From positions 1-15,785 of the forward strand of contig JAPUJS010000481.1 of assembly GCA_027296045.1 (NCBI GenBank): 15,785 nt of DNA, given 5' to 3'. Origin of the DNA: a bacterium (GTDB lineage: Bacteria; Latescibacterota; UBA2968). The notes under the pieces are model-generated. The model made no database searches. It saw nothing but the letters and a program-made list of their open reading frames with translations, and was not told where the DNA came from. This document shows positions 6,825 through 14,341 of this stretch, one piece after another. A program made the position numbers and the translations under genes. Positions within the stretch are counted from its first letter, which is position 1. The number at the start of each line of letters is the position of its first letter.

Positions 6825-6916
6825 GGCCACGAAGTCCAACCGCTCCCTTCCGGGAGCAAAGGTGGGTTTCGTGGCCCTTCGTGAAAGGAAAGGGTCGGAG
6901 TCGAGGCCCTTCGTGA
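6825..6916 (+). promoter_or_regulatory. Structured intergenic region upstream of the histidine kinase gene: a hairpin plus reiterated TTCGTG motifs
   Basis: GGCCACGAAG...(nested CTCCCttccGGGAG)...TTTCGTGGCC forms a hairpin with an approximately 10-bp stem. The direct repeats GGCCCTTCGTGA appear at about 6873-6884 and 6905-6916. Confidence 0.4.
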
Positions 6917-6946
6917 TCCCGCTCTTTACCGAATGAATATGTAGCC

Positions 6947-8581
6947 ATGTCCAACCTCAAAACCGAAACCCACCAGCCCCCTCGGCCTTCCGACCAGATC
7001 GAAATTGCTCGGGAACTCCCGGAATCGTCGAACCCCGAAGCAAGTCGGTTTTCCAGACAGGGGGATGTCGCCCTCAAAAACGGGGACCTGTCCGAAGCAG
7101 TCAAAGCCTATCAAAAAGCCGTCAAGGCCGATCGCAACGACCTTCGCTCTCACCACAACCTGGGCGTGGTTTCCTACCAGCAGGAAAACTGGGAAATGGC
7201 GCAATCCTACCTGGACCGCTGCGTTCAACTTGCCCCCGAAGACTCCGATTTGCTCTTCAAACAGGGCCTGTGTGCCTTGAAACAAAATCGACGTGAAGAG
7301 GCATCCAGAGCCTTTTCCAGTGTCCTGAAATTGGACCCCGACCATCTGCGTTCCCGGTTTCAAGTGGCCCTCCTGCACGCCCGTGGAACGGCCACCGTTT
7401 CCAGAGATCGGCAAAAAGCGATTGAAAACCTGGAATACATCCTGGAGGCCTGCGGCCGGGGCGTGTCCTTCCAGAACCTGGACCGCGTCTGTTTTCTTCT
7501 GGGCAGTTTTCTAGACGACCACCCCGACAATCGCGACCAGGCCATTGCCGTCTATCGACGGGGGCTCGATGTAGATCCCTTTTTCGCCCCGGGTCACAAC
7601 AACCTGGGCGTACTTTTGATGCAAGACGGACAAACACTTCCTGCCCTGGGGGCTTTCAAAATCGCTGTCCAGCTCGAACCCGACTACACCCTGCCCTATG
7701 GCAATCTCGCTCGCCTCTTGTTTGACCATATGAGTCCAACCCAGATGGAGCAAGAATTTGGGTCCATCGTAGACGAGTTTGGTATTCAAGCACCGTCTGT
7801 CCTCGTCCAGCTTTCCCTGGAACTCATCGACCTGGGACGCGGGCAGGTCTACGAAAGCCTTTATACCCACGGCCACCGCATCAAAAACTTGATGGGCATG
7901 TCTGGCGCCCGAATGCGGCGTCTGATTCGCGATTTCCCCCAGGATGCGCACGGCCTGGATGAACTTCAAAGCATTGCCCACGACCAGGAACAGATCTTCA
8001 ACCAGTGGGTCGCCTATCTCCGGTCGATGAAACAGGGGACAATGAACCTCACCCTGGTTGACGTGTCCCAACTCGTTCATAAAACCACCGGCGGCCTGTC
8101 TGCCCAGGCCGGATCAAAAACCCTGCACTTTGCATCCGAAACCCGGGTTCCCCAGGTCAAAGCAGATGCCGGTATGCTTCGGGAAGCCGTGACCAACCTC
8201 ACCCTCAATGCCCTGCAAGCCGTAGAGGAAGAAAGCGGCAAAGTCACCGTTCAAGTGGGACACGATCCATTGCGCGCCTCCGTTTATATCGAAGTCGAAG
8301 ACAACGGACCTGGCATCCCTGATGCCCAACAAGCCCGGATCTTCGACCCCGGTTATACCACCCGTCAAAACGGCAACGGCTACGGCTTGAGCATCTGTGC
8401 CCGAATCGCCTCCGCACACCGGGGCCACCTGCGCCTGATCAGCCAGCCGGGAGCCGGAGCAGTCTTTCGCATCGACCTCCCGATCGACTTTGAAGTGTCT
8501 GCCCAGGAAGACACCATTGGTCTCCAGCGTTCTGTTGCAGACGTTTCCACCGATCCGGTGACCGAAGAATTCGTTCTATAA
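6947..8581 (+). CDS. Soluble sensor histidine kinase with an N-terminal TPR-repeat domain and a C-terminal HATPase_c
   Basis: TPR-like repeats (AVKAYQKAVKADRNDLRSHHNLGVV; WEMAQSYLDRCVQLAPEDSDLLFKQGLC). N-box LREAVTNLTLNALQA. G1 VEDNGPGIP. G2 GNGYGLSICARI. No TM segment. Candidate H-site SIAHDQEQIFNQ, which is non-canonical. Confidence 0.8.
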   Translation: MSNLKTETHQPPRPSDQIEIARELPESSNPEASRFSRQGDVALKNGDLSEAVKAYQKAVKADRNDLRSHHNLGVVSYQQENWEMAQSYLDRCVQLAPEDSDLLFKQGLCALKQNRREEASRAFSSVLKLDPDHLRSRFQVALLHARGTATVSRDRQKAIENLEYILEACGRGVSFQNLDRVCFLLGSFLDDHPDNRDQAIAVYRRGLDVDPFFAPGHNNLGVLLMQDGQTLPALGAFKIAVQLEPDYTLPYGNLARLLFDHMSPTQMEQEFGSIVDEFGIQAPSVLVQLSLELIDLGRGQVYESLYTHGHRIKNLMGMSGARMRRLIRDFPQDAHGLDELQSIAHDQEQIFNQWVAYLRSMKQGTMNLTLVDVSQLVHKTTGGLSAQAGSKTLHFASETRVPQVKADAGMLREAVTNLTLNALQAVEEESGKVTVQVGHDPLRASVYIEVEDNGPGIPDAQQARIFDPGYTTRQNGNGYGLSICARIASAHRGHLRLISQPGAGAVFRIDLPIDFEVSAQEDTIGLQRSVADVSTDPVTEEFVL

Positions 8582-8611
8582 TCCTTGCAGGCGTTTCTAC
8601 CGATCCGTTCG
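8536..8611 (+). repeat. Imperfect direct duplication of the histidine-kinase 3' end
   Basis: TTGCAGACGTTTCCACCGATCCGGT...GTTCTATAA (in the gene) versus TTGCAGGCGTTTCTACCGATCCGTTCGTTTTATAA (just downstream). Confidence 0.7.
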
Positions 8612-8641
8612 TTTTATAACCCTATTTGGAAAATTTCATCA

Positions 8642-8693
8642 ATCGATTTATCTTGTATCGATCGACTTGTCTTGTAAATCGACTTATCTTGTT
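8642..8693 (+). promoter_or_regulatory. Three tandem 16-bp direct repeats ending exactly at the response-regulator start codon
   Basis: ATCGATTTATCTTGTA (8642-8657), ATCGACTTGTCTTGTA (8661-8676), ATCGACTTATCTTGTT (8678-8693). The ATG is at 8694. Confidence 0.75.
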
Positions 8694-10103
8694 ATGAATA
8701 AACAAATTCTTGTTGCAGACGACCAGATTGAAGTTCTCGATATGCTCATCCGAAGCCTTCAGGCCGATGAGCGAGACGTCCAGGCCTTTTCCACCGGAAG
8801 GGAAGCCCTCGTCTATCTCCAGCAACACCCATCGGATGTGGACATGGCCATTCTGGATCTGGATTTTGGCCCCGACGAGCCCGATGGCCTGGAGATCTTG
8901 CAGCAAATGCGGGACGAAATCCCCGACCTGCCCGTCATCATCCTCACCGGACAGGGCACCATTGATACGGCCGTGGCTGCCCTGAGACTGGGTGCGGTGG
9001 ACTTTATCGAAAAAGACTTCTATATTGAAGATAAAATCGAGATCAGTCTGGAAAAGCTGGACCGGATGCTCACGGCGCTCCGGGAAAACGCCCGGCTCAA
9101 GGTTGAGGTCCAAAATTTGGACCGGGAAAACCAGCTTTACCGATCGGAATTCGGCAAGCGCTACCGCGTAATCGGCGACAGCCCCCAGTGGCAACAGGTC
9201 CTGCGCCAGGCCGAACAAATTGCGTCCATTCCCCGACCTGCCCTCATCCTGGGCGAGCCCGGCACGGGCAAAGAACTGGTTGCCGCTGCCATTCACTATG
9301 GAGGGGTGCGCAAAGATCGCCCTTTTGTAAAAGTCAACTGCGCCGCCCTGTCCGACCAACTCCTGGCAAGTGAACTCTTCGGGCATGAGAAAGGCGCTTA
9401 CACGGGTGCTACAGAAGCCCGCATCGGCAAATTTGAAGCCGCCAATGGCGGTACGATTTTCCTCGATGAAATAGGAAATACCACCCCGGGATTTCAGCAA
9501 AATATCCTTCGGGCCATCGAATATCAGGAAGTTCAGCGCGTTGGATCGGCAACCCCGGTCTCTGTAGACACCCGGGTGATTGCCGCTACCAACGCCGACC
9601 TGGAAAAAGAAATGGCCGAAGGCCGTTTTCGCCAGGACCTCTACGACCGCCTGCGTTTCGAAGTCATTCGAATGCCCCCCCTCCGAGAACGCCGGGAAGA
9701 CATCGCAGACCTGGCCAATTTCTTTGTTGCACAAATCACCGAGGAAGTCCCCGGACTCCAGGTTCGACCGTTCTCGGATGAGGCCCTGAAAAATCTTCAA
9801 ACCTACCACTGGCCCGGCAATGTACGGGAACTCAAGTTTGCCGCCGAACGAGCCGCCTGTGTGGCCACCGGTTCTCAAATCGAGCCCGGTGATTTGCCGC
9901 CCGAAATCGCCGGCGATGTTCCGATTGTCTCCTCCGGTGAAGGATATGAAGCCCAGATCAGAGCCTTCGAACTGGGCCTGCTCAGACGGTCGTTGAACGA
10001 AACCGTCTGGAACCAGCGGGAGGCGGCCAAAAAACTCAAGCTCAGCTACGACCAGTTCCGGCATCTGTATCGAAAATACAAACTCAATCGTGAGAAACCC
10101 TAA
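8694..10103 (+). CDS. Sigma-54-dependent response regulator (NtrC family: receiver + AAA+ sigma-54 interaction domain + Fis-type HTH)
   Basis: Receiver MNKQILVADDQ...DMAILDLDFG...LTGQGTIDTAVAALRLGAVDFIEKD. Walker A GEPGTGKE. The GAFTGA-type loop ELFGHEKGAYTGA. ESELFG and RERREDI motifs. C-terminal HTH WNQREAAKKLKLSYDQFRHLYRKYKL. Start chosen at 8694; an in-frame ATG at 8667 is also possible. Confidence 0.9.
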   Translation: MNKQILVADDQIEVLDMLIRSLQADERDVQAFSTGREALVYLQQHPSDVDMAILDLDFGPDEPDGLEILQQMRDEIPDLPVIILTGQGTIDTAVAALRLGAVDFIEKDFYIEDKIEISLEKLDRMLTALRENARLKVEVQNLDRENQLYRSEFGKRYRVIGDSPQWQQVLRQAEQIASIPRPALILGEPGTGKELVAAAIHYGGVRKDRPFVKVNCAALSDQLLASELFGHEKGAYTGATEARIGKFEAANGGTIFLDEIGNTTPGFQQNILRAIEYQEVQRVGSATPVSVDTRVIAATNADLEKEMAEGRFRQDLYDRLRFEVIRMPPLRERREDIADLANFFVAQITEEVPGLQVRPFSDEALKNLQTYHWPGNVRELKFAAERAACVATGSQIEPGDLPPEIAGDVPIVSSGEGYEAQIRAFELGLLRRSLNETVWNQREAAKKLKLSYDQFRHLYRKYKLNREKP

Positions 10104-10114
10104 ATAAAAGTATT

Positions 10115-10223
10115 CAGGAGACAGAAGACAGGAGACAGGAGCCGCTCCACTCATCCGCCCAGGAGAAACAAAGGCGGGGTTGGGTGGGGCTCCTGTATTC
10201 TGTCTCCTGTCTCCTGTCTCCTG
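10115..10223 (+). repeat. Long imperfect palindrome built from (CAGGAGACA)n on the left arm and (TGTCTCCTG)n on the right arm. Possible terminator or translational control element.
   Basis: Left arm CAGGAGACAGAAGACAGGAGACAGGAGCC and right arm GGCTCCTGTATTCTGTCTCCTGTCTCCTGTCTCCTG. The approximately 45-nt loop contains a nested CCGCCC/GGCGGG stem. It ends 7 nt before ATG 10231 and is followed by ATTTCTT. Confidence 0.7.
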
Positions 10224-10230
10224 ATTTCTT

Positions 10231-11817
10231 ATGCTACACCCCAAAACCCCCAAACTCAGCCTCCGGACCTGCTTTTTCGACAGCTTCACCTTGTGGGTGA
10301 ACCACATCCCTGTCCTGTTTATCGCCACCTTTCTCACCTTCTTCCTCAGCTCGATTACCTTCACCTTGTTTATGGGCAGTCTCTACGCCGGCTTGCTGAT
10401 GATGCTTTTACAAGGCCTGCGCGGGGAGAAGCCCATTTTACGAGACCTCTTTGGCCAGTTTCGTCGCTTCATCCGCTTTTTCTCCATTACCCTGTTTATC
10501 TTGCTCTTCTTCATTTTCGGGCTTGCCCTCCTGGCCGGACCGCTTTTTTTTCTTTCCAATACCGAAATTCCATCCGAGATCCTCCAGGAAATCGAAGCCG
10601 GGATGCAAGAGGAAGGCATTCACCTTCGCCCCAGAGAAATTCTGCAATTTGTCAAAAACAGCGATTTTCTTGTCCCCGCCATCCTGATCACATTCTGCTT
10701 TATCGTGCTTCCTGGCATTTTTTTTATTGTCAAATGCTTCTACATGTATCTCCTGGCCGCCGACCGGGGCGTTCACCTGGATGAAGCTTATGTCGAAAGC
10801 CGAAAAGCCGTTGAGAGATACGGGTTCCGAAAGCATTTTTTTCTTATTTTTGCCGCCCTGGCCATCTTCTTCGGAAGCGATCTGATGGTTCGCAAAATGA
10901 CCGATGTCCCCATCGCCGAATTTTTTCCGCTCTTTGTCTTCCCCTTTGCCGTGGGCCTGTTTGTTTCGGCCTACCACCAGACCTTAGAAGCTGAAGCCCG
11001 ACAATCTCAGTTTTATCGCGAAGAGTTTGAAGTCATGCGCGACGAACTCCAGACCGCCCATGACATGCAAATGGAGCTGCTTCCCGATGAAAGCCCCGAA
11101 CTCTCCGGGTTCTCCCTGGATGGAACCTGCATCCCGGCCAATAACGTGGGCGGCGATTATTTCGCCTATCGCTGGCTCGATACAGAAAAAACGCGGCTGG
11201 CCATCCTGGTTGCCGATGTCTCCGGAAAGGCGATGGAAGCCGCCGTCACGGCCCTTCGCTTCAACGAAATGCTCCGATATGAATCTCGCGCCCGGATCGA
11301 TCCGGGCGAAATCCTGGATGGATTAAACGATTCGCTGGAAGGACAGATCGACACCGATACCTTTATCACCTGTGTGATTGGCGTCCTGGATATCACAGAC
11401 AATATCATTCACATTGCCAACGCCGGTCACTGTTTCCCCTATCACTACCGGGACCGAGATCAAAAAGCCGTCCCGGTTAATCTCACGGGCTGCCCGCTCG
11501 GCCTGCCCGCCATCATTCGGCCGGAAGAGCCGTATGAAACCCGTCAGGTCAAACTCGAACCGGGTGATATGATCGCCTTCTACTCCGACGGGGTGGTCGA
11601 AGCCCAGAATGCCCGGCACGAACTGTATGAAGATGAGCGCTTTGAAAAACTCCTGGAAACCATTGCGCCGGGAGCAAAACCAGACCGGGTGGTTCGAGCC
11701 GTTGTCCGGGAAGTCAATCAATATATCGGAGATGCCCCACGAACCGACGACGTCACCATTGTGGTTTTAAAACGGGACGGCCAGAGCGGCCCGGCAAACG
11801 ATTCGGAAACACCCTGA
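10231..11817 (+). CDS. Polytopic membrane PP2C-family (SpoIIE/RsbU-type) serine phosphatase
   Basis: An N-terminal hydrophobic domain of about 250 aa with 5 or more TM segments, then a coiled-coil linker. PPM domain motifs: GGDYFAYRWL, LAILVADVSGKAMEAA, ANAGHCFPY, GDMIAFYSDGVVEAQN, DDVTIVVLK. No SD upstream (see the palindrome), so the exact start is uncertain. Confidence 0.8.
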   Translation: MLHPKTPKLSLRTCFFDSFTLWVNHIPVLFIATFLTFFLSSITFTLFMGSLYAGLLMMLLQGLRGEKPILRDLFGQFRRFIRFFSITLFILLFFIFGLALLAGPLFFLSNTEIPSEILQEIEAGMQEEGIHLRPREILQFVKNSDFLVPAILITFCFIVLPGIFFIVKCFYMYLLAADRGVHLDEAYVESRKAVERYGFRKHFFLIFAALAIFFGSDLMVRKMTDVPIAEFFPLFVFPFAVGLFVSAYHQTLEAEARQSQFYREEFEVMRDELQTAHDMQMELLPDESPELSGFSLDGTCIPANNVGGDYFAYRWLDTEKTRLAILVADVSGKAMEAAVTALRFNEMLRYESRARIDPGEILDGLNDSLEGQIDTDTFITCVIGVLDITDNIIHIANAGHCFPYHYRDRDQKAVPVNLTGCPLGLPAIIRPEEPYETRQVKLEPGDMIAFYSDGVVEAQNARHELYEDERFEKLLETIAPGAKPDRVVRAVVREVNQYIGDAPRTDDVTIVVLKRDGQSGPANDSETP

Positions 11818-11842
11818 ACACCCCTGTATTCCAGAGGCATTT

Positions 11843-13012
11843 ATGAACGATACGGAAAACCTGATCCTGATCCACTATCACGAAATCGGCCTGAAGGGGA
11901 AAAATCGAGGCCGATTCGAACGCCAGCTCCAGAGCAATATTAACCGTGCCCTGAAAGGCCTCAGCCGGGGACCGGTCCAACGTCTGTACGGACGTATCAT
12001 CCTGAAGTTGAAACCCGATTCCCCAATCGGCGTGATTCGAGACCGCCTGACTGGCATTTCCGGCATCGCCAATTTTTCCGAAGCCATCCGTGTTCCAAAA
12101 GAGATCGAAATCATCCGGGAAACGGCCTGGGCGGTGGCCCAGAAAGCCACCTTCGAATCCTTTCGAATCACCACCAAGCGGGGCGACAAATCCTTCCCGA
12201 TGCTCTCCGAAGAAGTCAACCGGGATGTGGGCGCTTATATTCAGGAACGTTTAAACGCCCGGGTCCAACTGGTTGGCCCCGACCTGACCTGCTACATTGA
12301 AATCACTCAGGAAGACGTCTTTATCTACGCCGAAAAAGTCTCTGGTCCCGGCGGCTTGCCCGTTGGGACCGGAGAACGCGCCTTAAGCCTCCTTTCTTCG
12401 GGCCTGGACTCGCCGGTCGCCTCCTACAAAATGATCAAGCGGGGAGTGCGCCTCTCCTTCGTCCATTTTCACAGCCAGCCCTATACCAATCGTAACTCCC
12501 AACGCAACACCGAAGAACTGGTTCGACTGCTCACACAGTATCAGTTCAAATCGACACTCTACCTGGTCCCCTTTGTGGAAATCCAGCGTCATATCATGAG
12601 GAACGCCCCGGAGAACTACCGTGTCATCCTCTACCGGCGTTTCATGTTCCGCATTGCCGAAACCCAGGCCAACCAGGAAGGAGCGCTTGCCCTGGTTACC
12701 GGCGAAAGCGTAGGCCAGGTCGCTTCTCAAACCCTCGCTAACATCAAAGCCATCGAGGAAGTCACGCTCCTGCCCGTGTTGCGTCCCTTAGCCGGTGACA
12801 ACAAAGATGAAATCATCGACGAAGCCAGGCGCATTGGCACCTACGACATCTCCATCGAACCCTACGAAGACTGCTGTTCGGTCTTTGTGCCCAAACACCC
12901 CGAAACCCGGGCCGATCTGGAGAAAGTCCATAAAATCGAAGCGGAGCTGGAACTCGATGAAATCTTGCGGCAAACCTTGAGGCAAACAGAGGTCAAAACA
13001 TTTAAGCTTTAA
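11843..13012 (+). CDS. thiI: tRNA 4-thiouridine(8) synthase ThiI (short form without rhodanese domain)
   Basis: N-terminal ferredoxin-like and THUMP region (LILIHYHEIGLKGKNRGRFE). PP-loop LSLLSSGLDSPVASY. 389 aa with no C-terminal rhodanese extension. Confidence 0.85.
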   Translation: MNDTENLILIHYHEIGLKGKNRGRFERQLQSNINRALKGLSRGPVQRLYGRIILKLKPDSPIGVIRDRLTGISGIANFSEAIRVPKEIEIIRETAWAVAQKATFESFRITTKRGDKSFPMLSEEVNRDVGAYIQERLNARVQLVGPDLTCYIEITQEDVFIYAEKVSGPGGLPVGTGERALSLLSSGLDSPVASYKMIKRGVRLSFVHFHSQPYTNRNSQRNTEELVRLLTQYQFKSTLYLVPFVEIQRHIMRNAPENYRVILYRRFMFRIAETQANQEGALALVTGESVGQVASQTLANIKAIEEVTLLPVLRPLAGDNKDEIIDEARRIGTYDISIEPYEDCCSVFVPKHPETRADLEKVHKIEAELELDEILRQTLRQTEVKTFKL

Positions 13013-13023
13013 TCCAGGTGCAG

Positions 13024-13062
13024 AAAAAAATGAGCCCGGAGCACTCACAATGCTCATTTTTT
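13024..13062. terminator. Probable bidirectional intrinsic terminator between convergent thiI and the LysR gene
   Basis: AAAAAAATGAGC - loop - GCTCATTTTTT. The A-run and T-run flank a short GC-poor stem, so it is symmetric for both strands. Confidence 0.5.
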
Positions 13063-13133
13063 GCGTAAAAACCAAATCACTACGCTTCTCCGTCCACAAA
13101 TTCCCTTCGGCTTCGTCGGTGCCAAAAACAAAC

Positions 13134-14060
13134 TCATCCGCTTGTATTGCCTTGAGACTTCTCCCATTTTTCCTTCCCCCCGTAGGCCTCGAAAATCGCC
13201 TCCAGCAAATATCGAATCGCCGGACCGAAATACCGTCCACGGCGCCAGGCTACGCCGATTTCTCGGCTGAATGAAATGCCTGCCACCTTCACTTCCGTCA
13301 ACAGCTCCGATTCCAGAGACTCTTGAACTGCCAGGTGTGGCAAAAACGAAATCCCCACCCCCACTTCTACCAGCTTCCGCATCGCTTCCGGACTTCGCAT
13401 TTCCATCACCACGCCCGGGGACACGCCTGCTTCCGCAAACCGTTCGTCCACCACCTTTCGCGACACAGAATCGGCGTGAAACAGAATCAGAGGTTCCTTC
13501 ACCACCTCTGCAAGCGTGACTCGTTTCCGTTTTGCAAACCCGTGATTTGCCCCGACCACCAGCGGCATCGAATCCCGGTAGATGGAAACTGTCTCCAAAC
13601 GCTCGTGCTCGAATGGTAGTGAGATCACCGCAAATTCTGACCGATTCCACAACAAATCTTCTACCAGATACCGGGTGGGCTCGACCTGTACGGAAAGGGA
13701 CACCTCCGGATAGTCTCGCATATAATCCTTCAAAATATCCGGCAGCAAATACGTCACCGCCGCATCAATTGCGCCAAATTGGAACCCTTCGCCGGGCAAC
13801 ACGTCTCGCCGGTTCAAGTGATGGGTTGCTTCGTCCACCAGATCCTGCACTTGCATTCCATACTTCACCAGCGTCCTTCCCTCCATCGTCAGCGACACCT
13901 GTCGCCCCGACCGATTGAACAGCCGCACTCCCAGCCCTTTCTCCAGCTCGCCGATCCCCGCACTCACCGTTGGCTGTGTCACGTGCATCTCTTCTGCCGC
14001 CCGACTGAAACTTCCTGTCCGGGCCACCGCCAGCAAATACTGCAAATGGTGTAAGGTCAT
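13134..14060 (-). CDS. LysR-family transcriptional regulator
   Basis: N-terminal HTH MTLHHLQYLLAVARTGSFSRAAEEMHVTQPTVSAGIGELEKGLGVRLFNRSGRQVSLT plus a C-terminal substrate-binding domain. 308 aa. Confidence 0.9.
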   Translation of the reverse strand: MTLHHLQYLLAVARTGSFSRAAEEMHVTQPTVSAGIGELEKGLGVRLFNRSGRQVSLTMEGRTLVKYGMQVQDLVDEATHHLNRRDVLPGEGFQFGAIDAAVTYLLPDILKDYMRDYPEVSLSVQVEPTRYLVEDLLWNRSEFAVISLPFEHERLETVSIYRDSMPLVVGANHGFAKRKRVTLAEVVKEPLILFHADSVSRKVVDERFAEAGVSPGVVMEMRSPEAMRKLVEVGVGISFLPHLAVQESLESELLTEVKVAGISFSREIGVAWRRGRYFGPAIRYLLEAIFEAYGGKEKWEKSQGNTSG

Positions 14061-14096
14061 CCCACTCTCCTGGGCAAATCTCCAGCGCCTCGTATT

Positions 14097-14157
14097 ATAT
14101 ATAGAAATTTTCTATATATAATATAGTAATTATTGATTTGATTAATATATAGAAATC
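14097..14157. promoter_or_regulatory. LysR-type operator candidates in the divergent lysR/ino1 intergenic region
   Basis: A perfect 23-bp palindrome ATATATAGAAA-T-TTTCTATATAT (14097-14119) contains a T-N11-A core. A direct half-site copy TATATAGAAAT lies at 14147-14157. A TATAAT hexamer is at 14117-14122. Confidence 0.6.
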
Positions 14158-14341
14158 CTGTTTTTTAAATCCATCCCAGAAAAATTCTCCCAAAACAGCG
14201 GTCCACCCCAAAACCTTCTCGGTAGCAGCAGGCGTCTCTGTCCTGCACCGGTTGTACCCGGAGCACACCGTTTCGTCCTATCACCTATCCAAATCGAAAT
14301 TTTTTGAAACCCTTCCCTTTCATCCACAAGGAGCCATTTTC

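Noticed and set aside
8622-10364. 580-aa ORF on the minus strand spanning the whole response-regulator gene
   Set aside because: It is exactly antisense to a gene with unmistakable receiver, AAA+ and HTH motifs. Its product is low-complexity (G/F/L-rich) with no recognisable domain. This is a typical stop-codon-free shadow frame of a GC-biased gene.
14252-14341. Upstream extension of the ino1 ORF (non-ATG start)
   Set aside because: No RBS. ATG 14342 with AAGGAG gives the canonical [19 protein letters not shown]-terminus.
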